This document shows positions 16,193 through 27,453 of a stretch of 64,000 bases of DNA, piece by piece. The notes below the pieces were generated by a model. It saw only the letters and a program-made list of their open reading frames with translations, was not told the DNA's origin and searched no databases. The number at the start of each line of letters is the position of its first letter. Position 1 is the stretch's first letter. Where the stretch lies: the NCBI GenBank assembly GCA_030549795.1, contig JAUQQO010000055.1, positions 1,436-65,435 of the forward strand. The letters are read 5' to 3'. Source of the DNA: Pseudomonadota bacterium (GTDB lineage Bacteria > Pseudomonadota > Alphaproteobacteria > Geminicoccales > Geminicoccaceae). The translations under genes and the position numbers were made by a program.

Positions 16193-17377
16193 ATGCGACG
16201 TCGGCGGCTCCTCGCTTCGCTTCCCACGCTTGCCCTGTTCGGGAGCTTCGCGACCTCCTGTGGAGGGCTGCACTTCGGCGTTGGAGCGCGCGCGCTCGCG
16301 GCACAGGACCGCGAACGGGTGCGCATCGACGGCCTCGAGCTCGAGCTCGCGCGGCTCGCGGGACCGCTCGAACATCCCTGGGGGCTCGCCTTTCTTCCCG
16401 AGGGTGGCGCACTCGTCACCGAGCGCCCGGGCCGCCTGCGGCGCATTGACGCCACCGGCCGGCTGGATCCGCAGCCGATCGCGGGCGTACCAGAGGTGTG
16501 GGCCCGCGGCCAGGGCGGGCTGCTCGATGTTGCCCTCCATCCGCACTTTACGACCAACCGCCTTGTCTACCTTTCCTACGCCGCGCCGATCGGCCGCGGC
16601 GCCGCGACGCGGGTCGCCCGCGCGCGCCTTGAGGGCCATCGCCTGGTTGATCTGCAGGTGCTCGTGACGTGCGATCCCCCGAGCACGGGCGGGCGCCATT
16701 TCGGCTCGCGCCTCGTTTTCGCGCGCGACGGCAGGCTGTTCGTCTCCACCGGCGACCGCGGCGAGATGGAGCGGGCGCAAAAGCTCGATGATCTCGCCGG
16801 CAAGATCTTGCGGATCGAGGCCGACGGGCGGGTGCCGGCCGACAACCCCTTCGTGGGCAGGCCGAACGCGCGTCCCGAGATCTGGGCCTATGGGATCCGC
16901 AACGCACAGGGCCTCTCACTTCATCCCGCAACCGGAGAACTGTGGGAACATGAGCATGGACCGCGCGGTGGCGATGAGGTCAACGTGATCGAACCCGGCG
17001 CCAACTACGGCTGGCCGCTCGTCACCCACGGTATCGACTATACCGGCCTTCCCATCGGCTATGGCAAAACGATGCCCGGGGTGGTCGATCCGATCTGGGT
17101 GTGGGTGCCCTCGATCGCTCCATCGGGCATGGCGTTTTACGATGCGCCGGCGATCCCGAGCTGGCGGGGCAGCCTGTTCGTGGGAGCACTTGCCGGGCAA
17201 ATGCTGGTCCGTCTCGAGCTCGATGGCCGACGGGTGGTGCGCGAACAGCGGCTGCTCGTGGGCGAGATCGGTCGCATCCGCGACGTCCGCGTCGGCCCGG
17301 ACGGCGCCCTCTATCTTCTCGAGGACGCTGCGAACGGTGCGGTTTGGCGCTTCGGTCCGCCCGCCACGCGCAGCTGA
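16193..17377 (+). CDS. PQQ-dependent soluble sugar (glucose/sorbosone) dehydrogenase family protein, exported
   Basis: MRRRRLLASLPTLALFGS is a signal with twin-arginine character. Also HPWGLAFLPEGGALVTER, HFGSRLVFARDGRLFVSTGDRG, GKILRIEADGRVPADNPF, EIWAYGIRNAQGL and GANYGWP. ATG at 16193 is preceded by AAGGAGAG. The track ORF start at 15815 is antisense to the previous gene. Confidence 0.85.
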   Translation: MRRRRLLASLPTLALFGSFATSCGGLHFGVGARALAAQDRERVRIDGLELELARLAGPLEHPWGLAFLPEGGALVTERPGRLRRIDATGRLDPQPIAGVPEVWARGQGGLLDVALHPHFTTNRLVYLSYAAPIGRGAATRVARARLEGHRLVDLQVLVTCDPPSTGGRHFGSRLVFARDGRLFVSTGDRGEMERAQKLDDLAGKILRIEADGRVPADNPFVGRPNARPEIWAYGIRNAQGLSLHPATGELWEHEHGPRGGDEVNVIEPGANYGWPLVTHGIDYTGLPIGYGKTMPGVVDPIWVWVPSIAPSGMAFYDAPAIPSWRGSLFVGALAGQMLVRLELDGRRVVREQRLLVGEIGRIRDVRVGPDGALYLLEDAANGAVWRFGPPATRS

Positions 17378-17743
17378 TGCGCAAGCGCGCAGCGGCTCGA
17401 AGCCTGCCCAAGACAAGCCGGAGGGTTCCCGCGCGGCCAAAGAGCCTGCATCCGCGTTGATGGGCGCAAGGGCTCCAAAGCCGAAATCGCGCAGATTCGC
17501 AGGCAAGGGGCCAAGGCGCCAGCGCTGGCCAAGGTGCAAACGATGCTTCGGTGACCTACCCTAGAGCTGGAGTGGGACGCGTCCGAGGCGGTGAAACGTC
17601 CGTACTCGTGCCTGCGCCGAGGACAGGTACGCGGCGGCTGCCGAGGTGGCGACCATGAACCCGTTCCCGCGCCCGCGCCGAGGACAGATCACGCCTCGGG
17701 CGCGCCAAAAGGTGCGCAGCGCAAAAAGGGCGCTTGCCTCCGA

Positions 17744-18664
17744 TCACACCGGCCGGTGCTCGGCCCAGCGCTCGATGAGCTGCAAGAGCTCGGCTTCCTT
17801 GGGCAGCTCGATGAGCACCCGCACGAGCTGATCGCCTTGGCGGCCGCTGCGGGCGTCTTTGATCCCCTTGCCCTTGAGGCGCAAAAGCGTGCCCGAATCG
17901 GTGCGCGGCGGAACGGTCAACGCCACCTCGCCGTCGAGGGTCGGCACCCGCACCTTGCCGCCCTTGACCGCGACCGCGAGCGGGACGCGTTGGTCGACGA
18001 TGACGTCGAGCCCCTCGCGCTTGAACAGCGGATGCGGGGCCACTTTGACCTCGACGAGCGCGTCTCCCGGCCCGCCTGGACCGGGGCGGCCCTTGCCCTT
18101 AAGGCGCAGCACAGTGCCATCGCTCGTGCCCGCGGGAATGGTCACATCGACCGCGCTGCCGTCGGGCAGCACCACCCGGCGGGTGCCGCCGCGGGCGGCG
18201 GTGAGGAAGTCGACTTCGGTCGCGATGCGGACATCCTCGCCCGCTTCGGCTTCGAAGCCACCTCCGAAGCCGCCTGCGAAGCCGCCGAAGGGGCCGCCGG
18301 CGCGCCGCCTGCGCCCGAAGAGGTCGCCTAAGATCTCGTCTAAATTGAACCCGGCGCCGCCGAACTCGAAGCGCATGCCTCCGCCGCCGGGGCGGAAACC
18401 ACCCGCGGCCTCGAAGCCGCCGCCGGCGAAGACGCGTTCGCGGCCCATCTCGTCGATCTCGCCGCGATCGTAGCGGGCACGCTTGTTCTTGTCGGAGAGG
18501 ATCTCGTAGGCCGCCGAGATCCGCTTGAACTTCTCTTCGGCCGCCTTATCGCCGGGATGGAGATCGGGATGGCAGGTCTTGGCGAGCCGGCGGAAGGCGC
18601 GGGCGATCTCTTCCTCGCTCGCGTTGCGGGGAACACCGAGCTCATCGTAGAGCGAGCGGCTCAT
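17744..18664 (-). CDS. J-domain co-chaperone, CbpA-like (J domain, G/F region, DnaJ C-terminal domains, no zinc finger)
   Basis: J domain: LYDELGVPRNASEEEIARAFRRLAKTCHPDLHPGDKAAEEKFKRISAAYEILSD, with HPD. Gly/Phe-rich linker. No CxxCxGxG repeats. ATG at 18664. Confidence 0.85.
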   Translation of the reverse strand: MSRSLYDELGVPRNASEEEIARAFRRLAKTCHPDLHPGDKAAEEKFKRISAAYEILSDKNKRARYDRGEIDEMGRERVFAGGGFEAAGGFRPGGGGMRFEFGGAGFNLDEILGDLFGRRRRAGGPFGGFAGGFGGGFEAEAGEDVRIATEVDFLTAARGGTRRVVLPDGSAVDVTIPAGTSDGTVLRLKGKGRPGPGGPGDALVEVKVAPHPLFKREGLDVIVDQRVPLAVAVKGGKVRVPTLDGEVALTVPPRTDSGTLLRLKGKGIKDARSGRQGDQLVRVLIELPKEAELLQLIERWAEHRPV

Positions 18665-18681
18665 AACCCGGTCTCCCAACG

Positions 18682-18719
18682 GCAAGAAGGGCGACGGTTG
18701 CAGGCGTCGCCCTTCTGCC
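18682..18719 (-). terminator. Strong GC hairpin between hsp20 and the J-protein gene; weak intrinsic terminator or attenuator
   Basis: An 11-bp perfect stem gaagggcgacg / cgtcgcccttc (18686-18696 and 18705-18715) with an 8-nt loop. The tail on the minus strand is TTGCCGTTGGG, which is U-poor, so termination is probably partial. Confidence 0.4.
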
Positions 18720-18758
18720 TCTCACGCGCTCTTAAGACGATCAAGCCGGGCGTGCACC

Positions 18759-19199
18759 TCAAGCGGCCTTTGCTACGCTCTCGGTGCTCGAGGCGATCGG
18801 GATGATGCGCGGCTTAAGCGCTTCCGGCAGCTCGCGAGCGAGATCGATCACCAACACACCGTTCTCGAGCCGAGCGCCTTTGACCTCGACATGCTCGGCG
18901 AGCGCAAAACGCCGCTCGAACGGCTGCCGGGAAATGCCGCGCTGGATCCAGCGAACTTCTTCCTTCTCGGGCTGCGGCTCACCCTTGACGACGAGCACGC
19001 CGTTCTCGACCGTGATCGTGAGCTCGTCTTGCCGCCAACCGGGAACGGCGAGCCGAACCGCATAGCGGTCTGTTGCGAGCTCAACGATGTCGAAGGCAGG
19101 TCCGGTGTCGACCGCCGCCACGCTGGCCACAAGACGGCTGGCCAGACGGTCGAATTCGCGCACCGTGCGATAGAAGGGACGCAGGTCGATGGTTGTCAT
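18759..19199 (-). CDS. Hsp20/alpha-crystallin family small heat-shock protein
   Basis: Alpha-crystallin domain: YAVRLAVPGWRQDELTITVENGVLVVKGE...FERRFALAEHVEVKGARLENGVLVIDL. ATG at 19199 (MTTIDLRPF) is preceded by GGAGGA. Confidence 0.9.
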   Translation of the reverse strand: MTTIDLRPFYRTVREFDRLASRLVASVAAVDTGPAFDIVELATDRYAVRLAVPGWRQDELTITVENGVLVVKGEPQPEKEEVRWIQRGISRQPFERRFALAEHVEVKGARLENGVLVIDLARELPEALKPRIIPIASSTESVAKAA

Positions 19200-19264
19200 C
19201 CGATCCTCCATTGAGCGATCGCGACGTAAAGGCGCTCCTTAAAGGACACGCCGAACCTCAACGC

Positions 19265-19293
19265 GAGCCGGACCCGCGTGCGGCATCCGGCTC
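19265..19293 (-). promoter_or_regulatory. 5'-leader stem-loop of the hsp20 transcript
   Basis: Perfect 8-bp stem gagccgga / tccggctc (19265-19272 and 19286-19293), with further pairing inside the loop. It is located immediately downstream of the sigma-32-like -10 element. Confidence 0.4.
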
Positions 19294-19302
19294 CAGCGAT
19301 CG

Positions 19303-19333
19303 AGATGGGAAGCCCGGGCTTTCGATCAAGGGC
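19303..19333 (-). promoter_or_regulatory. Sigma-32 (RpoH)-type heat-shock promoter for hsp20
   Basis: The minus strand reads ggCCCTTGATcgaaagcccgggctTCCCATCTcg. The enterobacterial consensus is CCCTTGAA-N13-15-CCCCATNT. Both elements match at 7 of 8 positions with a 14-nt spacer, about 100 nt upstream of the hsp20 ATG. Confidence 0.5.
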
Positions 19334-19387
19334 CTCGCCCGCACCGAGAGCCTGCGCTAGAGCGCAAGGCATCGCGGAGGATCGATC

Positions 19388-20656
19388 ATGACCGTCCTTT
19401 TGGGCGCGATCGCGGACGATTTCACCGGTGCTACTGATCTGTGCGGCATGCTCGTGCGCAACGGCATGCGCGCGGTGCAGCTGATCGGCGTGCCGCGGCC
19501 CGACCTCGAGCTCGAGGAAGTGGATGCGGTAACCATCGCGCTCAAATCGCGCACCGCACCGGTCAAGGAAGCGGTCGAAGACTCGCTTCTTGCCCTCGAC
19601 TGGCTGCAGAGCCGCGGCGTTCACCAACTGTTCTTCAAATATTGCTCGACCTTCGACAGCACGCCGAAGGGAAACATCGGCCCGGTGGGCGATGCGCTCG
19701 CCGACCGCCTCGGTGCGTCGATCGTGATCGCCTGTCCGGCTTTTCCTGAAAACGGACGAACCGTGTACATGGGGCACCTCTTCGTGGGCGATCGGCTGTT
19801 GAGCGAGACCCACATGGCCCACCACCCGCTCACGCCGATGACCGATTCCGACCTCGTGCGCGTGCTCGGCCGGCAGACACCGCACAAAGTGGGGCTCGTT
19901 GCCTATCCGACGGTGCGCCGTGGCCCCGCCTTTATTCGCGACCGCCTGACCGAGCTGCGCCACGAGGGCTGCCGTTGGGCGATCGTCGATTGTCTCGAGA
20001 ACGAGGATCTGTTGGCGATCGGCGAAGCGGTGGCCGACCAGCGGCTGGTGAGCGGGGGCTCGGGCATCGCGATGGGCCTGCCGGCGAACTTCCGCCGCAA
20101 GGGGTTGCTCCCACCCCGCGAGGATGCCGCGGCGCTGCCGAGCGTCACAGGGCCCGAGGTGGTGCTCGCCGGATCCTGCTCGGCCGTGACGCTCGCGCAG
20201 ATCGAGGCCTTCCGCAGCGAGCGGCCGGCGCGCAAGCTCGATCCCTTGGCGCTCGCCCGCGGCGCTGAGCTGCCCGAGGTGATCGCCTGGGCGCGCGAGC
20301 ACATGGCCTCGGGTCCGGTGCTGATCTATGCGAGCGCACCGCCCGAGGAGGTCCGCCGCATCCAACAGGAGCTCGGGCGCGAGCGGGCGAGCGCGATCGT
20401 AGAAGAGGCGATGGCGGTGTTCGCGCGCGAGCTCGTGGCGGCCGGGGCGCGGCGGCTGGTCGTGGCGGGCGGTGAAACGAGTGGGGCGGTGGTCAAGGCG
20501 CTCGGCATCGAAGGGCTCGCGATCGGGCGCGAGATCGATCCGGGCGTGCCGGCGACCGTGACCATCGGCCGCGGCCCGCGCTTGGCGCTTGCGCTCAAAA
20601 GCGGCAACTTCGGCAGGCGCGACTTCTTCTTACGCGCGCTTGCGACGATGCCCTAA
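19388..20656 (+). CDS. otnK: Four-carbon acid sugar kinase family protein (3-oxo-tetronate kinase, DUF1537/YgbK type)
   Basis: N-terminus LLGAIADDFTGATDL is typical of the family. 422 aa. GGAGGA RBS before the ATG at 19388. Confidence 0.7.
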   Translation: MTVLLGAIADDFTGATDLCGMLVRNGMRAVQLIGVPRPDLELEEVDAVTIALKSRTAPVKEAVEDSLLALDWLQSRGVHQLFFKYCSTFDSTPKGNIGPVGDALADRLGASIVIACPAFPENGRTVYMGHLFVGDRLLSETHMAHHPLTPMTDSDLVRVLGRQTPHKVGLVAYPTVRRGPAFIRDRLTELRHEGCRWAIVDCLENEDLLAIGEAVADQRLVSGGSGIAMGLPANFRRKGLLPPREDAAALPSVTGPEVVLAGSCSAVTLAQIEAFRSERPARKLDPLALARGAELPEVIAWAREHMASGPVLIYASAPPEEVRRIQQELGRERASAIVEEAMAVFARELVAAGARRLVVAGGETSGAVVKALGIEGLAIGREIDPGVPATVTIGRGPRLALALKSGNFGRRDFFLRALATMP

Positions 20657-20672
20657 AGGGAAGGGGGAAGAG

Positions 20673-21311
20673 GTGAGCGAGGAAGCGCAGCTGCGCGAGG
20701 CGGTGTGCAAAATCGGCCGCTCGCTTTACGCCCGCGGGCTCACCTTCGGCAGCTCCGGCAATATTTCCGTGCGCCTTGCGGACGGGAGCATTCTCGCCAC
20801 GCCGACCAACGTCGCGCTCGGCGAGCTTGATCCCGCGCGTTTGGCCAAACTCGACCCCACAGGGCGGCAGCTTTCCGGCGATCCGCCGACCAAGGAAGTG
20901 CCGATGCACCTCGGCATGTACCGCGCCCGGCCGAACGCGCGCGCGGTCGTACACCTCCACTCCACCTGGTCGGTCGCGGTGAGCCTCCTCGACGGGCTCG
21001 ACCCCGACGAGCCGATCCCGCCTTTGACCGCCTATTACGTCATGCGGGTGGGGCGTCTTAAGCTCTTGCCCTATATCCCGCCCGGCGATCCCGAACTCGG
21101 GCGCGCCGTGGAAGCGGTGGCCGATCGCCACCATGCGATCCTCCTTGCCAACCACGGGCCGGTCGTCGCGGGAACCAGCCTCGAGGCGGCAACCTATGCG
21201 CTCGAAGAGCTCGAGGAGACGGCCAAGCTCTTCCTCATCGTCAAGGACCGACCGATCCGCCCGCTCACCCGCGCGCAAGTGGAGGAGCTGAACCGCCGCT
21301 TTGCGAGCTGA
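20673..21311 (+). CDS. otnC: Class II aldolase/adducin family protein (3-oxo-tetronate 4-phosphate decarboxylase type)
   Basis: GRSLYARGLTFGSSGNISVRL and HLHSTWSVAVS are class II aldolase fold motifs. Lies directly downstream of the kinase. I prefer the GTG at 20673 (VSEEAQL) over the track start at 20589, which overlaps otnK. Confidence 0.65.
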   Translation: MSEEAQLREAVCKIGRSLYARGLTFGSSGNISVRLADGSILATPTNVALGELDPARLAKLDPTGRQLSGDPPTKEVPMHLGMYRARPNARAVVHLHSTWSVAVSLLDGLDPDEPIPPLTAYYVMRVGRLKLLPYIPPGDPELGRAVEAVADRHHAILLANHGPVVAGTSLEAATYALEELEETAKLFLIVKDRPIRPLTRAQVEELNRRFAS

Positions 21312-21406
21312 GCGGCTGAGCGCGAGAGCAATCCCGTTCGGCTGGCGGAATTTGCGCGCCGATCACCGCGCGCCGGCCGACCGGTGTGGCCCTGCACAGC
21401 TGGTCC

Positions 21407-22189
21407 CTAACGGCGACGGTAGGGCGCGAACCAGCCGAGCCCGTCCTCGGTGCGGCCTTTGGGGCGATATTCACAGCCGACCCAGCCCGAATAGCCGACG
21501 CGGTCGAGCACCGCGAAGAGATAGGGGTAGTTGATCTCGCCCACATCCGGCTCGTGGCGTTCGGGTACGCCCGCGATCTGCACGTGCGCGATGATGTCGG
21601 CGTAAGCTTCGATGTGGCGGGTGAGATCCCCTTCCATGATTTGGCAGTGGTAGAGGTCGAGTTGCAGCTTGAGGTTGGCTTCACCCACTCGTTCGATGAT
21701 TCGCCGCGCCTGTGCCTGATAGTTCAAGAAATAACCCGGGATGTCGCGCGTGTTGATCGGTTCGATGACCAGTGTGATCCCTTCTTCGGCGCAGCGACGT
21801 GCGGCGAAGCGCAAATTCTCGACATAGATCTCCTCGCAGGCGGCCAGATCCGCCCCCGCCGGCAACACCCCCGCCATGCAGTGCAGGGTGCGGCAACCCA
21901 GCGCTGAGGCATAGCGCAGGGCGGTTTCGACGCTTTGCCGGAACTCGTCGCGCCGACCGGGAAGGGCAGCCAAGCCCCGCTCGCCCCTGGCCCAATCGCC
22001 CGGGGGCAAATTGAAGAGCGCTTGGGTAAGGCTAAAACGGCGCAGCTCGGCCGCCAGCGCCTCGGGCGGAAACTCGTACGGGAAGAGGAACTCGACCGCT
22101 TCGAAGCCGGCGGCATGGGCGCGCGCGAAGCGTTCGAGAAAGGGGCTGTCGGCGAACATCATCGAGAGATTGGCGGCAAAGCGCGGCAC
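21407..22189 (-). CDS. otnI: Hydroxypyruvate isomerase family protein (2-oxo-tetronate isomerase type, TIM-barrel xylose-isomerase-like)
   Basis: [35 protein letters not shown] and [13 protein letters not shown] are characteristic of the Hyi/OtnI family. 260 aa. Confidence 0.7.
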   Translation of the reverse strand: MPRFAANLSMMFADSPFLERFARAHAAGFEAVEFLFPYEFPPEALAAELRRFSLTQALFNLPPGDWARGERGLAALPGRRDEFRQSVETALRYASALGCRTLHCMAGVLPAGADLAACEEIYVENLRFAARRCAEEGITLVIEPINTRDIPGYFLNYQAQARRIIERVGEANLKLQLDLYHCQIMEGDLTRHIEAYADIIAHVQIAGVPERHEPDVGEINYPYLFAVLDRVGYSGWVGCEYRPKGRTEDGLGWFAPYRRR

Positions 22190-22237
22190 GACCCCGTCCT
22201 CCCCATCCTTTGCTCCGCGCTTACGCGCCGCGCGCGC

Positions 22238-22885
22238 TCACGACAAGCTCGCGCGCGAGGGATGCCAACCGCGATCGGGCAGACCTCCCGCGCGGATCAA
22301 GAAGGCGATGATCTCGTCAAGGCCCTCGCCAGTCTTGAGGTTAGTCATGACGAAGGGGCGATCGCCGCGCATCCGCCGCGCATCCGCCGCCATGACCTCA
22401 AGCCGTGCCCCCACATAAGGGGCGAGATCGATCTTGTTGATGACCAACAGATCCGAGCGGGTGATCCCGGGACCGCCTTTGCGCGGGATCTTCTCGCCCT
22501 CGGCCACGTCGATCACGTAGAGGGTGAGGTCGACGAGCTCGGGGCTGAAGGTCGCGGCGAGATTATCGCCCCCGGATTCGATCAAGAGCAGCTCGAGCCC
22601 TGGAAAACGGCGACGCATCTCGGCAACGGCGGCGAGGTTGATGGAGCAGTCCTCGCGGATCGCGGTGTGCGGGCACCCACCGGTTTCCACGCCCAAGATC
22701 CGCTCCGGTGGCAAGGCCCCGGCTTCGGTCAGGATCCGCTCGTCTTCTCTGGTGTAAATGTCGTTGGTGATCACCGCCATGTCGTAATACTCGCGCAGCG
22801 CTTTGCACAGCGCTTCGCAGAGCGCCGTCTTACCCGATCCGACGGGGCCGCCGATACCGACGCGCAGAGGACCATGCGAGCTCAT
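22238..22885 (-). CDS. ureG: Urease accessory GTPase UreG
   Basis: [18 protein letters not shown]-loop, [16 protein letters not shown]. The ATG overlaps the ureF stop (ATGA). Confidence 0.95.
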   Translation of the reverse strand: MSSHGPLRVGIGGPVGSGKTALCEALCKALREYYDMAVITNDIYTREDERILTEAGALPPERILGVETGGCPHTAIREDCSINLAAVAEMRRRFPGLELLLIESGGDNLAATFSPELVDLTLYVIDVAEGEKIPRKGGPGITRSDLLVINKIDLAPYVGARLEVMAADARRMRGDRPFVMTNLKTGEGLDEIIAFLIRAGGLPDRGWHPSRASLS

Positions 22886-23574
22886 GAGCGGAACAGCCTC
22901 GTATATTGGGTCTCATGAGAAAGCGAGCACCAATCGAGCACAAGGCTCGCAGTGCCGAGGTCCTCGAGCTGCGCCCCTTGCGCCCGCTGCGCGGCGGCGC
23001 GCACCAAGGGTTCAAGTGCTGCGAGCGCCCGCTGGCCGGCAGTCTGCCCGAGCGGCACGAGGCGGATTGCCGCCGAAACGAGATTGCTCGCGCTCGCATG
23101 GAGGAAGGCGAGGAGCGTGGGCTTTAGGGGCAGCCCGTGCGCCGCTGCGGCGGCGCCCACCGCGAGCGGAAGGACAAGGGGCGGTGGTGCCTCCGGCTCG
23201 CTTAAGAGGGCGCTGAGCACGCCGCGCGGATCGGCCCAAGCGGCAAGGCAGGTGCGGGCGAAGGCCGCGCCTTGGCTCGTCGTCTCGAGCAGGAGCTCGG
23301 CTGTGGCGGGCAGGGCAGCGGCGAGCGCGCGCAAGGAGATGAACGCCTGACGATCCGCGGCCGCGGCGGCGCGGTAAGCAGAAGCGAGAAGAAGCGCGTC
23401 TTGCGCGAGCGTGCCGTGGGCGAGGAGATCCGCGAGCCAGGCGACGAGCTCGGTTTCGTCGCGCAGAAGCCCGGCTTCGACCGCCCACTCGAGACCGTGG
23501 CTGAAGGAGAATGCGCCGGTTGGGAAGGCCGGCGAAAACCAAGTCAACAGCCGAAAGAGCCCACCCTCATCCAT
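22882..23574 (-). CDS. ureF: Urease accessory protein UreF
   Basis: [28 protein letters not shown] is the typical UreF N-terminus. I chose the start at ATG 23574 (MDEGGL); the track ORF extends to 23781 through ureE. Confidence 0.85.
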   Translation of the reverse strand: MDEGGLFRLLTWFSPAFPTGAFSFSHGLEWAVEAGLLRDETELVAWLADLLAHGTLAQDALLLASAYRAAAAADRQAFISLRALAAALPATAELLLETTSQGAAFARTCLAAWADPRGVLSALLSEPEAPPPLVLPLAVGAAAAAHGLPLKPTLLAFLHASASNLVSAAIRLVPLGQTAGQRALAALEPLVRAAAQRAQGAQLEDLGTASLVLDWCSLSHETQYTRLFRS

Positions 23575-24016
23575 GCGCGTGCCCATGGCCCTGAGGGCCA
23601 TGATCGTACGCACCCGCTTCGGGATCGAAGGCAGCCATGACGTGCTCGAGGCGAGCGCCGAGCCGCGCGAGCATCTCCTCGAGCACATGGTCGGGGCGGA
23701 TGCGCAGCCGGTCGGCGAGGATCTGGGTCGGAGTGTGTCGGTTGCCGAGATGCCAGGCGAGGCGCGCGAGCGTGCGCGCATCTGGGGCCAGCACCTCGAC
23801 CACAGGCTCGGCTGCGGCGCGCACGAGGATGCGTCTGCCGTCCTCGAGCACCAGACGGTCGCCGTTGCGCAGATGCCGCGCAGCGGGAAGATCGAGTAGG
23901 ATGTTCTCTCCTGAGTCGGTCACGAGCGCCATGCGACGGCGATGGCGGTGATCGTAGGTCAAGGTTACGCTGTCCGTCCACGCGCCCTCTTCTGCGACGG
24001 CAATAGCGCGCAGCAT
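23567..24016 (-). CDS. ureE: Urease accessory metallochaperone UreE
   Basis: LAWHLGNRHTPTQI core and His-rich tail [14 protein letters not shown] at 24016 (MLRAIAV); an alternative TTG at 24028 overlaps the ureC stop. Confidence 0.85.
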   Translation of the reverse strand: MLRAIAVAEEGAWTDSVTLTYDHRHRRRMALVTDSGENILLDLPAARHLRNGDRLVLEDGRRILVRAAAEPVVEVLAPDARTLARLAWHLGNRHTPTQILADRLRIRPDHVLEEMLARLGARLEHVMAAFDPEAGAYDHGPQGHGHAHG

Positions 24017-24024
24017 AAAAGACC

Positions 24025-25743
<1,719 letters not shown>

Positions 25744-25756
25744 GCCTCCCTCGCTG

Positions 25757-26068
25757 CTATGGGTCGAGTGGGCCCATCACTTTTTGGTTGAAGCCGAACA
25801 CGCGCCGCGCGCCGGAAAAGGGTACAAGGCGCACCTCGCGGCGCTGCCCGGGCTCGAAGCGGATCGCGGTTCCGGCCGGAATGTCCAACCGCATGCCGCG
25901 CGCTTTCTCGCGGTCGAAGATAAGGGCGGAATTGACCTCGAAGAAATGGTAGTGCGAGCCGACTTGGATCGGGCGATCCCCGGTGTTCGCGACTTCGAGT
26001 GTGACGCTCGGGCGATCAGCGTTGAGCTCGATCTCGCCCTCGAGCGTGTGGATCTCACCTGGGATCAT
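25757..26068 (-). CDS. ureB: Urease beta subunit UreB
   Basis: [19 protein letters not shown]...[16 protein letters not shown] at 26068 with GAGG upstream. The track start at 26080 would overlap ureA. Confidence 0.95.
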   Translation of the reverse strand: MIPGEIHTLEGEIELNADRPSVTLEVANTGDRPIQVGSHYHFFEVNSALIFDREKARGMRLDIPAGTAIRFEPGQRREVRLVPFSGARRVFGFNQKVMGPLDP

Positions 26069-26076
26069 CGAAGACC

Positions 26077-26379
26077 TCAACGGATGGGTTTGTGCACGGT
26101 GACGAGTTTGGTGCCGTCGGGGAAGGTCGCTTCTACTTGAACTTCCTCGATCATCTCGGCGACACCTTCCATCACCTGCTCACGAGAAAGCACTTGGGCT
26201 CCGAGTTGCATGAGCTCCGCGACCGACTTGCCGTCGCGGGCTCCTTCGAGCACGGCATCGGTAATCAATGCCACCGCCTCGGGGTGGTTGAGCTTGACAC
26301 CCCGCTCGAGACGTCGCCGCGCGACCATCGCCGCCATTGCGATCAAGAGCTTGTCCTTTTCCCGGGGCGTGAGGTGCAT
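26077..26379 (-). CDS. ureA: Urease gamma subunit UreA
   Basis: [39 protein letters not shown]; 100 aa from the ATG at 26379. The track ORF has an upstream extension. Confidence 0.95.
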   Translation of the reverse strand: MHLTPREKDKLLIAMAAMVARRRLERGVKLNHPEAVALITDAVLEGARDGKSVAELMQLGAQVLSREQVMEGVAEMIEEVQVEATFPDGTKLVTVHKPIR

Positions 26380-26556
26380 GCTCGGCTTCGCTCTCCACGA
26401 TCGGTTCGGCTGGGCGCCGGACTGTCCCAGCATTAACGGATGCAAGAGGCGGGCCAGCGCCCGAAGCCGCAACCGCCGGCGGCCTGGGCTGCCTTTTTGC
26501 TGCATGCGCGGGCACGGGCTGCCCATTCGGTAAGCAGAATAGGCGGCGCTGCGGGT

Positions 26557-27453
26557 TCAGCAGGTCCACACCCGCGGCAGGCCGGGCATGACGCCCATCC
26601 GGCGCAAGAGGATTTCGAGCGCGGGCAAAAGGCCGCGCCGGAGTTCGAAGCCGTCCGAAGCCAGCAGGCGGCAAAGGAGAAGCGGACCGCGCAGCCCGCA
26701 GGCGGCGCGCACCGGCACGACGGCGAGAGCCGCCCGCACAGCCTCGCAGGCAGCGGCGTCGAGTTCGGGACCAACGGCGAGAATGGTCGCAAAGGCACGC
26801 GCTCCGCCCAAGAGCGCCGGGCGCTCGGCGAGCCTGCCGATCGGCCCCTCGATACGAAAAGGATCGACGAGCAGGAAATTGCCCGAGCGGCGCAGCACGC
26901 GCTGATCGACCAGGCGTCCAAAGCGCAGCTCTTCGCCGCGCGCGGTACGACCGAGCACCGCTGCTTCGACGAGCAACAGCCGCGCCTTTTCGCCCAGGTC
27001 CACCTCAGTGCGCCGCACCAATCGCGCACCGTCGAAGAGAATGGTTTCTTGAGGTAGCCAGAAAAGCGACGCACCGTTGTCGACCCAAAGCGATGTCAAC
27101 ACTTCTGCGTCGGCGCCCTTACAGCGATAGACTTTTTCTGCCGCTTGGCCGGAGACTATAAGCGAGCCAGCTTCGTGCACCCGCACGCGTTGTTCGATGC
27201 GGTCGCCCGCCGTCATGCCGCCCGCGGTGTTGATGAGCACCGCCTCGAAGACCTGTGGAACGGCGGGCCGCGGAAACCGCGCCTTTGCGCATCCCCGCTC
27301 GCGGTGAAGGCGCAACGCGCTGCGCCCGTCTCGCCAGCCGATCTCGAGTTCGAGCGATCCGTGCGCGCGCTCGAGGGCGCGCGGATCGACCGCGGCCGGT
27401 CGTTCTGCGCAATCTTCAGCGAGAGTCACCGCGCTGAAATTTCCGCATAACAT
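26557..27453 (-). CDS. ureD: Urease accessory protein UreD
   Basis: Position directly upstream of ureA and a UreD-like sequence (LINTAGGMTAGDRIE, LFWLPQETILFDGARL). The start is uncertain: ATG 27453, or GTG 27429, which overlaps the carbamoylase stop as GTGA. The track ORF runs to 27633. Confidence 0.8.
   Translation of the reverse strand: MLCGNFSAVTLAEDCAERPAAVDPRALERAHGSLELEIGWRDGRSALRLHRERGCAKARFPRPAVPQVFEAVLINTAGGMTAGDRIEQRVRVHEAGSLIVSGQAAEKVYRCKGADAEVLTSLWVDNGASLFWLPQETILFDGARLVRRTEVDLGEKARLLLVEAAVLGRTARGEELRFGRLVDQRVLRRSGNFLLVDPFRIEGPIGRLAERPALLGGARAFATILAVGPELDAAACEAVRAALAVVPVRAACGLRGPLLLCRLLASDGFELRRGLLPALEILLRRMGVMPGLPRVWTC

Noticed and set aside
19200-19295. Canonical ROSE element upstream of hsp20.
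   Set aside because: The leader has hairpins and a possible anti-SD UCCUU, but I could not identify the conserved ROSE terminal hairpin with the bulged G opposite the SD. The promoter looks RpoH-type rather than sigma-70-type. It is reported only as a generic thermometer hypothesis.
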